From assembly GCF_011386835.1 (NCBI RefSeq), contig NC_088795.1, positions 15,872,001 to 15,936,000 on the forward strand: DNA of 64,000 nt, given 5' to 3'. The notes under the pieces are model-generated. The model saw nothing but the letters and a program-made list of their open reading frames with translations. It was not told where the DNA came from and searched no databases. The DNA is from Chrysemys picta bellii. Lineage: Eukaryota. Position numbers and translations under genes: made by a program. Shown here one piece after another: positions 1 to 13,518 of the stretch (positions are counted from its first letter, which is position 1; each line of letters begins with the position of its first letter).

Positions 1-42
1 GACCTTCTAAATAACCAGTATAACCTTTGAATGAAGGGAATA

Positions 43-254
43 CAGGGGAGTCGCATCTTATGCGGGGGTTAGGTTCTGAAGTCAGCGCATAAGGTGAAAA
101 TAGCATATAATCAAACGCTCATTGAGTGGAATGGCGGGCGGAATCGCCCGCACTACAGGTACAGTATTTAAATTGTTTTCTCCTTTTTTTGTTTTGCCAA
201 GCGTGTATAGTTAAAATTGCATAAGTTAAATGCGCCTAGGATGCGACTCCACTG
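43..254. mobile_element. TcMar/Tigger-like MITE
   Basis: TIRs CAGGGGAGTCGCATCTTATGCG / CGCCTAGGATGCGACTCCACTG flanked by TA (41-42, 255-256). Confidence 0.85.
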
Positions 255-1031
255 TAGTGCATATGAAATAAGTGAAAAGTGGAAGGTTCTAAGATGTAAA
301 GGATTAATGTTTGATTTAGGGCGTGGTAGAGTATTTACTGTGCAAAGAAAGCATGAGGCCTCAAGTGATTTCATCTCAAGTATGAACATTTGAGATTTGG
401 CCTATTTCATGCATTCATTAAAAAAGATGGGAGGGGGAAGTGGGGGGGTTTCTGGCTGGAGAAGGAAAGGTTCTAGAATCATTCGCTAATGTTACTGTCC
501 TACTTTGAGCCTAGTATTTTTCCTGATAAGAGGCAACATGTCTAATGTGAAGTACTCTCGGATCTCTTCAGTTGACATCTGTTAGCCTGTGGTGCTAATT
601 CATAGTTCTGAAACAATTTTGTTTTACCCTGACAGTTTTGCAATACCCCACGAATTCTCCGTTTTGCTGCATCAGAACTTTGGCAAATCTTCAACTGTGA
701 GGAAATGCTATTTGAGGCAGAGTCAGTTACTTGTAAAATAGTCACTTTACAAGGTGTGGCTTCATCTGTCCCATTCACACTCCTGCCTTGTAATCCCAGG
801 TGGCTAGTGAGTCTGGTTAACCTTCTGGTTTACCATATGCGCCCCCCCCACACACACACTCTGTTGCTTGGAAAAAACAGATTGTAGATTCCATACTTGG
901 CTACAATTTTTCAACCATCTTTCTCTTTATTTTAAAATAAATTGAGATTGGTATAACATCAGATGCATATGAAACTTGAACACAGGAATTGCCATACTGG
1001 GTCAGCCTGGAGTCCAGTGTCCTGTCTCTGA

Positions 1032-1285
1032 GGGAAGGTCTATACTTAAAACGCTGCATTGGCACAGCTGGAGCACTTAAATGAAGGCACTCCTACGCCA
1101 ACAGGGGAGAGTTCTCCCATCAGCATAGTTAATCCACCTCCCCGAGAGGCAGTACTGTAACTGTCAATGGGAGAAGCTCGCCTGTCAACATAGCATGCTC
1201 CACACAGGCAGTTAGGTCGGTATAACTTTGTCGCTCATGGGGTGTGGATTTTTCACAATATAGGTAGACCAGTGTAGACCACACC
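1032..1285. mobile_element. PIF/Harbinger-like MITE
   Basis: Termini GGGAAGGTCTATACT / AGTGTAGACCACACC; 3-bp TSD TGA/TGA; internal sequence related to 37828-38097. Confidence 0.7.
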
Positions 1286-2204
1286 TGAGTCTCGGTGTTC
1301 AGTGTGTTAGGTGAAGATGCAAGAATCCCAATAAAGGACAATTATGGACAGTTTTCCAGCTGGATGTCTTAGCCAGCCATGCAAATTGACCAAATAACTA
1401 CCAAGGCTGTAAAGATAGGAGCTGGTTGTATAGCAACTTTCCCACCTGCTCTCAAAATGCTGAAAGTGAGATGATTTAGTTAGGTTTTTTTTAAGGTTTA
1501 TTCCTGTAGCAGGCTGGACAGACACATTTATAGTCTACAGCAGTAGCTTATGTGATTAAACTTTAGAAATAAACAAGAATATCTGTCTGGAATTTTTTTT
1601 TCCTGGATAAACTAGTGAAAGATGCAAAACTAAAGTAATTTTGGTAGCAAAAATAATTCGAACTCTTGAAATTCAATGACTGATTCAACCTGAACTTATC
1701 TCACTGTTAGAAGTACTGCACTCTATGCCTCCTCTAGTCTGGACATCTATTCTGCATGATTAGGTGCTCTCCCTGAAATTGATAGCACGTGGGTACCATT
1801 GCACCCACCCAGAGCCCCACAGAAGTCAGTGACTCCATGTGGGTGCAGCAATCCACCTATGTACCAGCGCTCTGGAGAGTAGACTTTTGCTAATTCACAC
1901 ACACAACTGGGAGACACATTACCAAGTAAGCGAGCAAACAATTTTTAAAAAGGGGTATTGAATCACAAAATGGACTTCATTTATTTTATCACCGTTTTCT
2001 CTCTAGTCTAAGTTTCTGGTACATCATAGTATACTGGTAAACATTACCACAGTTTATTTTCTAGGATTTCACTAATTTTTAGGAGATCCTACAACCCTTG
2101 CCTTTTAATGTAATGCAGCAACTTTTTTTGCATTGGTTTTAATTGGGTTTTTTCCCCCATGAGTATCATTGACTCTGTAGAGGAGATATTAAAAAAGCGT
2201 TTAA

Positions 2205-2403
2205 AGGTATGTCCACACTGCAGTCCGAGGCTACCAATAGCAGCATGAGCTAGTCACGTCTCTAGCAGGCTTGTATTTGAGCAGCAGCTGGCACTGCTAT
2301 GGCTTCACTTCTGTTGGAACCCGAACTAGCGAGAGATTTAAGCTAGCTGAGGTATGTCTACACATGCTGAAATCACACCTCTGATTGCACTGAAGACATA
2401 TCC
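2205..2403. mobile_element. PIF/Harbinger-like MITE
   Basis: Termini aggtatgtccacactgca / tgcactgaagacatatcc; TSD TAA/TAA. Confidence 0.7.
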
Positions 2404-3334
2404 TAAATGAGTTAGGCGCAGAAGTCCCATTCACCTGCAGTGGGACTTCTGCTCCTAACTCACTTAAATGCTTTTTAAAATCCTGCCCCCTGGTTTTATC
2501 TTTATCATTCATAGGTATTCCTAGCCAAAATCTGATTGCTTTTTTGGGGGGGTGCTTAATCTGTTTGTAGGCAGATGGCTTGTTTTGTTTGTTTGTTGAG
2601 GGAGAGGAAGGGATGAGGAAGAGAAACTTGGCTCAGCACTGCAGTCTGCATGCAAAGGAAAAGTCCCACTGAAGCCAAAAAGTTTTGCCTGGGTATGGGA
2701 TGCAAGATCACACCCTTTTGGTTACGTCCCTTGATTTAGTTTCTGCCTGCATTCAACTATGCTTTCTCAAGACAAGCAGAGGGATACCTGAATAAAGTGG
2801 ATGTGTGCTAAAAATATCCCAAAGACAGTCTCTGCTAACCGTGCACAGCTACACTGGCAATGCAGTGTTGGTGGGAACAATCTCAGAAATGTGCTAGCCA
2901 CGTATACTTACTGTTTCTGTCAATGCTTTGAGCCCAGACATGTCCAGAACAGTGGAACAGATAGGAGTTCAGAATCAGGACAATGCACATTTTTTAAATG
3001 ATGTAACTAAGTCAACATTCCTGAAAGACTGAGGTCATAGCCTGTTTGCTTTTTTTTTTTCCTCCACACCCACAAGGATATATCCCCGTTTCCCCCATTT
3101 AAATAACTTAAATACAAGCAGGGCAAGAAAATTAAATGGGATTCTGGTTATGGATTTCCTGTCTTGTATAGCTGATCTGTGCATTTTTCAATTCTTGTCC
3201 AGTTTCTTCCCAAGATTATTCACTAACACTGCCTTACAGTAACTCTTCAGTGGGAGGAACTGAAATATCCTTGATCCAGTGATCTTTCAGCAGATGGCCA
3301 TTAGCTTTTCTAGTTCATTTTATTCGTTGCATTA

Positions 3335-3430
3335 CAACAGTGTCTACAGACTGCAGCTGAGATCAGGGGCCCGTTCTGCTAGGCTGTGTACAAAGTCCCA
3401 GCCACAGAGAGCTTACAATCTAAATAGCCA
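3335..3430. mobile_element. MIR/CORE-like SINE fragment
   Basis: ggggcccgttctgctagg...gagcttacaatctaaatag resembles the amniote MIR tail; similar fragments occur at ~47870 and ~62520. Confidence 0.5.
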
Positions 3431-3690
3431 GGTCAATTATGTTGACTAATCAGATACAGCTGGGAAGGGGATAAGTCTTGCCTATAAAGTGTGTGTGGAG
3501 CTGGAGTTCACTACAGGAAGGGACAGTCTCCTGCAATAGACCCTGGAGGAAAAACTCCAGGTAGGAAGCCTTGAGAGATGTGGCTGGGTAGAACCCCCGC
3601 TGGAAGTTTTTTATTTTGTGAGTTTGATTGTTTGGACAACAAATGAAGCCTGGAGGTAAGAGCAGAAGACTAATCTGGGTGTGACTGATA

Positions 3691-3927
3691 CCCTGTTTCC
3701 CCGAAAATAAGACAGTGTCTTATATTAATTTTTGCTCCCAAAGATGCGCTAGGTCTTATTTTCAGGGGATGTCTTATTTTTCAATGAAGAAGAATACGGT
3801 ACACATCGGTGGATGCCTTATTATCGGGGAGGTCTTATTATCGGGGGGATGCCTTATATTACAACGAGAGGCAAAACTGTAAGTAGGCCTTATTTTCGGA
3901 GGATGTCTTATTTTCGGGGAAACAGGG
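3691..3927. mobile_element. TcMar/Tigger-pogo-like MITE
   Basis: TIR CCCTGTTTCCCCGAAAATAAGAC / GTCTTATTTTCGGGGAAACAGGG (perfect, 23 bp); TA TSD; internal repeated gtcttatt-type motifs. Confidence 0.9.
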
Positions 3928-4014
3928 TAATTCATCTGGTTGGTGAGGAAAGTTGCCAGCTTCCATGCCAATTGTGAGAGAGCACCAAAAAGTGGGGGAG
4001 AGACTGTGTTGGTA

Positions 4015-4155
4015 TTGTCATTTTTATAGATGTAGGGAGTTGAAGCACAGAGGAGCGAAGTGACTTGGCCAAGTCATCACAGGAAGTTTGTGGCAGATGG
4101 AAATTAAAAACAGACCTTCTGAATCCCAGTCCAGTGTCTTCATATACAAGGCCAC
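4015..4155 (-). mobile_element. MIR-like SINE
   Basis: Reverse-strand CORE: ...gcacagaggagcgaagtgacttggccaagtcatcacag...tcccagtccagtg. Confidence 0.6.
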
Positions 4156-6050
4156 GCTTTCTTTAAATTATAAACCTATGCTGGCAGAAATGGAGATGGC
4201 TGACCAATGTCTGTTTCCCTGCTTAGTGTATCAACGTGGATACATGTTGGGCCAAATTCATTGACTGTGGTGTGCTTACATGGGAGAGAATTTGGCCCTT
4301 TGCGCCTTCTGTGTACAATGGGTTTAGGATGCTTACTTTTATCTCCATTCAGTTGAACTCTGCTGAATCTGTCACTTCTTAGCAATATTTTTCTATTTTT
4401 AAACTGACTGCTAGTTAATATTTGGATTTCAATTTTATTGAATCCTCCTCTGCTGCACACACCCTTCCCCTCCCCTCCCCCCCCCCCCCCCCCCCACAAT
4501 AAAGCTAGAATGGGGCAGGGATAAGACTGAACAAAAAGGGAATCAGAGGGAAGAGGAGAGCAACATCTTAGTTTCCTTCTGCTAGGAGTTAATCAAAGAT
4601 TTTTTTTTTTAAACAAAGTTAGACCAAAAGCTTTTCACTTTTTGTCTAAGGTTCCTCTGCTCCAAAACGTTACCTGGTCTTTAGCAGTCAGGTCAGCCAA
4701 GTGGCAGTGCCAAGCCTATATCCCTGGAGGCAGTCTGCTCTTCTTCCATCTAAGAAGGATGAGTTGTCTAGCTACAAGCACTTGAGAGAACTTTAAGTTC
4801 TTTAAGACTTAAATCCAAAGAAGTGTTTCATGGACTGTTACCAAAGTCCCCTGTCAGACAGTATTTTGTTGCCCTTTTCTGCAAACATTGATCAGATAAT
4901 GTCATTTACCAGGTTTAGTTATATGTACCTAATCTCAGGCTAGTTACCAGTGGAAATGCACAATGCTTGACAATCTCAGCAGAGAACCCCCTACGATAGA
5001 GTGGGCATGGAGACTGAGCTCTGTCTCCAACCTGGCTCAGGGACAGGGTTGAGGAACACTGTTGGAGCAGTGCAAGGAAGCTGGCATTCTATGTCAGTCT
5101 GAGACTGAATATTTAGAATTACAAAATCTTACCACTGCTGTTGTTTCAAAGTACATCTTTCCTGTTTATGTGTTTCATTAAGGTAGCCACAGTGGACAGT
5201 ATTTTTGTCAGCAGGCAATAATTTACAAGATGTACATTAGTAGTTGGGGAATAACGTGCTTGTTTGACATGTGTTCACCAAGAAGTGCTATTAACTTTTG
5301 TGGGAACAAGATGTGAAGAAGGAGTCCATGATGAAGGCAGTTGCGCAATAATGTTGCAGCATATCCTGGTATTAAACAATACTCCACGACTTGCCCAACA
5401 GCCTATATGGGGAAGCTTACTGCTAGAACGTTTAAACCTGAGGAAGTTTCACCTTCAGATCTGTATCTAAACTAATGTTAACACTTGTCTTTAATTCTGT
5501 AATTATGTATAGCAATCCTTTTAAGTGTAGCGGCACTTGATTAATCATAACCCCACCCAAAATGTGTTACTTTTGGGGGGAGGGGGAAGCAAATTTCAAA
5601 AGTGTTCGGCTTGCAAAGTTTCCTAATACAGGGTGATCGTTATGCTCCATTGTTAGTAAAGACAAAATCAAGTGTCTATGAAAACAATGTTAAACAATTC
5701 AGGAAATTAAAATCAAACTGTCATACAACTCAATGGAGCCTGTATTACAATGTGAGAGGGGAAAAATCAGGTTGGTGTCAATCTAGGGAGAGAAGAGATT
5801 TGAAGGTAAGTAAAACTATCTCTGTATGTAACATACACAGTAAAAACAGAGTGAAAACTTCACGGAGCAGCATCTTGTGGGATTTTTACTTGGCATTGTT
5901 TGCAATGCCCACCTGAAAGCTTGAAAATAAAATTTTTCATTGAGTTTGTAACATCCAGTTAGCAAATACATTTTGGCTTGTTTCTAATGTTACCTAAAAT
6001 CAACAGTGTAGCACTTTGCATTTACCTCCTTGGAATTGACATGAGAGGTC

Positions 6051-6825
6051 TGTGACAGATGTGGCAATTTCTTGCCATATCTTTGCGAGATCTTATTGAA
6101 TTAAGTTTAAATAGCTTTGGAGTCTGCTGGATTTTAAATGCAAAGTTAATGTATTGTGAGAATGTGTAAACTCTCTAGGAGGGAGATGTGCCCAGTGTAA
6201 ATGCTGGAAAGTGTTAAGCTTCAGAAGACTATTTCAAACAATATGCCAGACAAGAAGGAACTCTTGGGACAAAGTTGTGAGTTTCCTAAGAAATACTGTG
6301 GGGAGATGAATGCAAAGTCCCACCTTCTGATTCTCTCCTTGAGGAGAGAATCAGTCTGACTGATATAGGGTCTCTGAAGATCAAAGACCCCAAGTGTATA
6401 AAGGAAAGGTTAACTTATGCATAAGTGTGCTTGTTCAGAGCTAAGGCAGTTATGAGTTTCCTTCAGTTTGAAGGACTGATCATCTACCAGAGTGCTTGTT
6501 TTAATGTGTTCTCTAATGCTTTCACCTTAAGAATAAATCTGTGGAGAAAGGGCTGTGTGGTAACTTGTAACTGTGGGCAATTAGGCTGTTTGCATTGTCC
6601 TCAGTGGCTGTAAAGTGCAGATGCAGGTCTGTGTAGGCAGTCTGACGTGTTAGAGAACATGGTGCAGGCTGCACAATTCCTTGCCTCTAAAAACCCTGAT
6701 CAGGAGGAAGAGACACAGGTGTCTGCCCAAGACAGGTGAGGGCTGATGAGCCAGGAGCCTCAAGCAGGTGCCCTTGCTGGACCATGAGGGGGGGGACACA
6801 GGTGCAGTTTCCCAGAGCTGTGACA
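6051..6825 (+). mobile_element. Solo LTR (Gypsy/ERV-type) in ANXA3 intron
   Basis: TGTGACA...TGTGACA termini (TG..CA), TATAAA at 6397, AATAAA at 6532; about 775 bp. The flanks aggtc/gtgtc are only a degenerate TSD. Confidence 0.7.
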
Positions 6826-8474
6826 GTGTCTGTGTAGCCTTGGAAATAACTATAACTGTGAGCTTCTTTTGCAGCAGCAGTGTCCTGTGTCTGTGCAATG
6901 ATGTGGTTTTAATCTTTCTGTGGCCAGTGGCTCTTAACTTTAATAAGATCATTAACATGCATAGAGTCCTTTGTACCAGGTTTCAGTAACTTTAAAGCAG
7001 GTCAGAGTTGAGGCTTAAACCAAACTATTAACTGAATTATTTTAATATAAAGGTTTGTGCTAAGGCACTGAGTGGAACTAGCTAGAGTATGAGAAGGGGA
7101 GGGGGTGTAAAGTTCTTCCATCATCTGTGGATTTACTTGAGTCCTGTCCTGTGCAACCCCTTCTGTTTCCATCCTGGACTTCTCTTGAGGAGTGACTGCT
7201 AACCATACTGTGGTATGATAGGTTGGTGATGTGTATACGTGCAAACAAATCTTTGAATGTTGCCACTGATTGCAGTGGTGCCATTTTTGGGGTGCCCAGT
7301 TTGCTACCCCAAGGGCCTGAATTTCATTAGATGAACTACATGCAGCTCCCAGAGTTCAGCTGGATTTGTGGTTGTTCATCACTTCTGAAGATCAAGCCTA
7401 GCGTGGTTCAGGTTGGTCCCCGTCAAAAAAATTGACATGAAATTGACACATCCAAAATCAGGTTCCACTTTGAGAAATTTTGGCTATCCCAGCTAAGATG
7501 AAAGTATCAAACTCGCTTTCCCTTTTATCCCCCAGCAGTTGAATTTAGGTCATTTTATGTGAACCACTAACCCACTACCCTAATGCGCCATGCACCAATG
7601 AGTCAATCCTTTTACTTCAGATACATTTTGCTGATAATATCCTGCCCAACTTGGGTGTAGTGGGGAAAGAGGATTATATTGTTTATATAAAGCAGTGTTT
7701 GTACCTTTCTCTAACAATGTAGAAGCTCTTTGATCAAAAGCCTGAATTATTAAAAAAAAATGTAGCTGATGTGCATTGTGAATTAGATCTATTTAACCAT
7801 AAATTGTATTCAGCAACACTATGCATATCCAATTACTTTTCCCTATTACCACCCAGACCTAATTTTGCTTGCTTTAAAAATGATCATCTTCCCTCCGGCA
7901 CATTGGTGTTTACGGGGAAAGCAGTGCCATTATGATTGAGATTAAGGTAACTTGCATTGCTGTAATCTGATTATTTTTGTTTGAAATTTATATTCCAGTC
8001 ATACCCAGAGGCCCCACTGAAAGTTGTTTCAATATTTAGAATTTCAAGCCTGTGCATTCACCATTTCCCCTGTGTGTCCATGCCAGAGCTAGAATTTTCC
8101 TTCAATTTAATACAAAAAGGGTTATCCTGGCATGAAACTCTCTAATTTAAAAAAAAAAGGGGGGGGGGGAGCGGGGGACAAATCTCCCCATCACTAATCG
8201 AGACTGAATACTTCAAAAAGCCTGTGAACAGGGGATATATTGGCACCAACCTTCCTGGTGAATCTGCCAAAAATGAATGTTTTGCTACAGAAATAAGTTT
8301 GAAAAAACAAATGTCAACATGGCTTAATCATTGTGCATCTGTAACCCACTGATGAGTATGTATTATCATATCCCCAGAGGATATGAGAGGTTACAGTCCC
8401 CAGCTACAGCATTTGGACTCTTTGAGCTGCTGCAGCTTGCGTTATGCTTTTTGAATTAGGGACCTATGGAGCGA

Positions 8475-8590
8475 TCTCCCCGTTTTATGGATGGGGAAAC
8501 TGAGGCAAGGTTGCATAAGGCCAGTGAGAGTTGATATCAGAGCTGTGATTAAAATGTGGGAAGTCTACACTCCCAGCCCTGAGCTCAGTT
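8475..8590 (-). mobile_element. MIR-like SINE
   Basis: cccgttttatggatggggaaactgaggca is the reverse CORE motif. Confidence 0.65.
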
Positions 8591-8725
8591 AAATTTTAAA
8601 CACTAGTTTATTGTTGCCATGGTGAAAATATGAAGCAGATGGAAACAGTTTGTCAAACTTTGAACCTAAAACTCTTTGGGGATTTTTGTTGCTGTTAGAT
8701 CTCAAAATGTTGTTTTGATCTCTAG

Positions 8726-8813
8726 GTTGGAAGCAGAGGAACCATTCGAGATTACACAGGATTTAATGCTTCCAAGGATGCTGAAACTGTTCGGAAGGCA
8801 ATCCGCGGAATTG
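8726..8813 (+). CDS. ANXA3: ANXA3 exon (human exon 3 equivalent)
   Basis: tctag|GTTGGAAGC...ATTG|gtaaat; [29 protein letters not shown](G); 88 nt. Confidence 0.95.
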
Positions 8814-11800
8814 GTAAATATGCATCTAAGTTTCACTCCTATATTGTTACAGAAAAGCAGATATGGTATTCTGTGTCGGGCTTAGCACAAAAATGCTGGA
8901 ATTCTGTGTGCCATAAAAACGGCCATACTGGGTCAGACCAATGGTTCATCTAGCCCAGTATCCTGTCTTCTGACAGTGGCCAATGCCAGGTGCTTGAGCG
9001 GGAACAAACAGAACAGGTGATCATCAAGTGATAGATCCTCTGTCATCTACTCCCAGTTTCTGGCATTCAGAGGCTAGGGATGCCCAGATCGTGGGATTGC
9101 ATCCCTGGCCATCTTGGCTAATAGTCATTGATGGACCTATCCTCCATGAACTTACCTAATTCTTTTTTGAACCCTGTTATACTGTTAGCCTTCACAATCT
9201 CCCCTGGCAATGAGTTCCACAGGTTGATTGAAATATTTCCTTCTGTTTGTTTTAAACATACTGAATATTAATTTCATTGGGTGAAGCTTAAATATTTCCT
9301 TATTCACTTTCTTCACAAGAGTCATGGTTTTATAGACGTCTATCATATCCCCTTAGTCGTCTTTTTCCAGACGAGATGTCCGTCTCTTTAATCTCTCTTC
9401 ATACAGAAGTTCTATACCCTTAATCATTTTTGTTGCCCTTCTCTGTACCTTTTCCAATTCTAATACATCTCCTTTTTGAGATGGGGTGGCCAGATCTGCA
9501 CACAGTATTCAAGGTGTAATGCCTCCATGCAATCAGTAACTATGATGATTGCGCAAGGTCACACTTTTGACAAAGGGGGGGTACTACAACCACCTGAAAC
9601 CCCTAACACTAAGATAATATCTGCCTAAGTCTCATCTCCATTTGAAGGTATCTTTGCCGTTCTCATTTTCTGTTTTGCTTTCAGCAAGTGTTCATGATGG
9701 AGATAGCTTCAGAACAAATTGACAAATCAGCAAGGACAATTTAGTTACTAAAAATGCCTCCTTGCTGAAGTACAAAAGTGAATAATATGCTTCGTTTCCC
9801 AGTGAATTAAAACTAGTTTGAATAACTCGTTTTAGTTTCAGTGCATTAGGAGTTTTGTTGGGTTGTGTAAAACTGGGAGTTGAACAACCCTGAGTAAAAT
9901 GATTTTCTTTCAGGGACGGATGAGAAAACACTGATCAACACCCTCACTGAAAGATCAAATGCTCAGCGGCAGCTGATTGCGAAGGAGTACAGGGCAGCTT
10001 CAGGAAAGGTACAGCTTGGGGGGGGGGGGGGATAACTGACAGTAAAAATATTATCCTGTAGCATCTTCATTATGCAAAACTAACCTGTCTATGCACAAAC
10101 CCTAACCAATCTTGATTGAGACAGGATATGAGAAATTAATGCATCTAAGTAACTCCATTTGAATTTGTAGCCAGCTCTGGGAACAGAGAAGGAATGTTTT
10201 GATTAAGGAAAAAACTAACTCTACAAACTCTTTTCAGTGCACCATGAAGCATGCCCTAAACACGGGGAACCAAACCAATGCTACTGTTGCAGTGTGGACT
10301 AGGCACTGTAAATAAAGTAACTCCGAGCATGTATTTTTGGGAAGATGACAAATGAGAAGGCTCGGTGTTAAAAGGCCCCTTTTCCAGCATTTGCAGTTAC
10401 CTTTTACTGGACTAACTAACAAATTAATTTGATTCCCTGCCTTCTCCACTTGAGAATCAGTATCTACATTTCTGTGACTTTTTTTTTTTTTCTTAAAAAG
10501 GACATTCAGTGGGCTGACCTTAATTTGGACTTAATTTTGAATGGGACCTACTCAAAGAGAATTAGCTTTAGAATTAGAATTAGCTTTCTAAATAATAGTA
10601 GTTTTTTTGGGAAGGAAACATCAAAAGCAACACAGCCATGAGCAAGATGCTTCTGAAAGTAAAGTGATTGAGGAGAAGCAGGGTGGAATTATTCCAGTAG
10701 TAATAACTAAACTCCCTAAACTGCCATTTCATCTGGAAATAATGTGATCTGTGCAAGCTAATCATCCTGGGTCTTCCCTGTTTGTTTAGGACCTGAAAGA
10801 TGACTTGAAGAGTGATCTCTCTGGCAATCTGGAGCGTATTATGGTTGCACTTGTAACACCACCAGCTGTGTTCGATGCTAAACAGCTTAAGAAATCCATG
10901 AAAGTAAGTCTGCAAGAAAATTTTTTCATTCTTTTGATTAGAGCCAGTTTGAAACAAGATAAATATATTTTGTAAAAATGTTCAAAGGAAATGAAAATAC
11001 TTTGTTTAAAATTTTCCATTACATTTTTTCCCCAAATGAAAAGATATTTAGTTTCAGTAGGGAGAGGAAACATACTAAAACTTTTTTTACTTTTGGGGAG
11101 GGGGAAATTATTGGGAGTGGGGAAGTCAGGGTTCCACACATCTGAAATGACCTTTTTTCAAAATATTTCAAAAAAGTTTAATTGGAAAACAATGACAAAA
11201 AGTGACCAGAACCAAATTTTCACTGAAATTTGTTTGGTCAAAATGGAATCTTGTTAAAACAAAGGTGAAATTGTTCATCTATCTCTACTCCTTAGTGTGT
11301 TATGCAAAATATCAGGGTGACTGGAAATTTTTTTCCATTTTTCAGATAGCATATTGGTGGGCTATGACACTTCTAGTGCTTTAGTTATAAGGTGGCAGGG
11401 GAAACCATGCCACAATTTATTAGCTATTCGTTGCCGGAAACTCTTTTCAAATCCTGACTTCGTTGTAAGTGGGAATCTGAGTTTGGTGTTCTGTCTAGTT
11501 CTATTTCAGGATCCTAAAACAACACTTAATTTGGCATGTCTGCTCTGTGCTCGAGCCCTGAGATTAGAATGTCAAATGTGTTGAAATGTAGGAGTGACCT
11601 GCATTCTCAGAAGCTGCGTGTGGATTCTGGCAGAACCTGGCCTCTCATCACTGGCTCATTCCCTTATCTGCAGATATGAGAAACTGTTAAAGCTAATGAG
11701 CCATCTCTTGATAGGCTCAAATAACTTTTCATTTCAGTAATTGAATCTTTTCACAAACATTATTTTCTTGCTAATGTGAATTGTCTGAATTTTGATATTT

Positions 11801-13477
11801 GAAATCACAGTATTTTGGGTATTACCTGGTTGGTTTTTATTTGCAATGTGTGATGTTTAGAATTCTTGCTTCAGGTCACTTGAAACTAATCCCCAAACAA
11901 CCTCTATAAAAACTGCATTTTTTCCTTGTAATAAACTGTATGTGATTTTTTAGGGTAGTGGAACTAATGAAAAAGCACTGATAGAAATCCTAGCCTCCAG
12001 GAGCAGTAAGCAAATGAAAGAGGTATCCCAGGCATACTATACAGGTAATGCTTTCTCAAACATATGTATATTAATACTGTTACCTGATTGCATCCTATCC
12101 AGTGCTCGATAGTCGCTTTTCATAGATCATTTCAAGTAGGTTATTTTGAACTTGGAAAGTTGAGCTTTAGATACAAAAAGTATTTTGCAATAATTGCAGT
12201 TTTTACAAAAGATTGTGTACTATGCTGTTAGCAGACACATGCACTCCCATGAGGTGATTCTAGCATGTCGTACCACTCCACTACCTACAGGACAATTCCA
12301 TATTTGGGAACAAATTTGCTTTTTAAGTACACACCTGTGCAGGCAGCTCCTATTGAAATTAGAGCCATGTGCAAGCATCTGAGGGCAAAATTTTAGTCTT
12401 GCAGCCAAATTCCAGTTTCAGATGCATGGCTTGGCCAGTAATGGATGTTTTCCCTTAAGGAATGTGGTGATGTGCTCCTTTATATCTTGCTTATTAGGTT
12501 CATTCCCTTAGAGTTGTGCAGTAATTACTTTAAAGTGCACAGTACAAACAGCAGCCAATAGGAATGACTTTAAGATTTGTCACTTTTTTTTTTTTTTTTT
12601 TTCATTATATAGCTCCACCTTCAGGGGCAAATGACTCAGCCATGCAAACTCCTTGCGAACAAACTTGGCACATGAGTCGTGGAGAATTATTTTAACAAGT
12701 GATGCACTTCTGAATCTTGTGTATTTACCAAACAGCATGTGTCTGTACATACCTAATATCAAGTTTAAGATGCTGTGGGGGAGGGTGCTGGTTTCTGAAA
12801 ACTTTTTGGGTCAGATGCTCCACTGCGTTCTGGCCCTTTGCGCTGCTCTGATGGCACAAATGGGCCAGTAAAGCCACTGGCTCTACCCAGGGAAGATTAC
12901 TCCAGTGGCTCCTATGCCACCCCCTCCTGCAGCATAAGAATATTGAGGGGGGCGTGGCCAGAGCACTCCTGTTACTCCAGTTTACCCTACTTGCTCCTAT
13001 GGGATAGAGCCATCCGAAGTAACTTTGAGTATATCTCAGGCTGGTATTTGTCACACCAGGATTGGCATAGAACCAGCGTCCATAATCTGGGAGCTTCAAA
13101 CAGCACCTTTGGGCTGCCGCTCCAGTTGTACCCAGTGGATACCAGAGAATCGGGTCCATTATTTTTAGTGATTTGGAAAAATGCACAGAACAGATTATGA
13201 AGCATTGCACTATGGCTGCATCTACATTATGAGCTAGGGGTGTGGTTACCATCTTGCATACAGGTAGCCAGGCTAGTTCAGTGAGCGCTAGTGTGAGCAT
13301 AAATAGCGGTGTAGCTGCAGTAGCATGGGCAGCAGTAAGGCCAAGTATAAACCTGCCTGAACCTCCCAGGTATGTACTCAGGACAGGTAAGCCCAGTGCC
13401 ACTGCAGCAGCACTACTACTTCTACTCCCACTATTTCTCATTGGCTAACGCGTTGTATGTGCACACAAATTGGGACT

Positions 13478-13518
<41 letters not shown>

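Noticed and set aside
5790-5811. Strong donor AAG|gtaagt as the ANXA3 ATG exon
   Set aside because: There is no ATG 15 nt upstream, no MASIW-like sequence and no clear acceptor.
12725-13441. 238-aa minus-strand ORF
   Set aside because: It runs through degenerate MITE-like repeats and has no recognisable domain, so it is probably a chance ORF.
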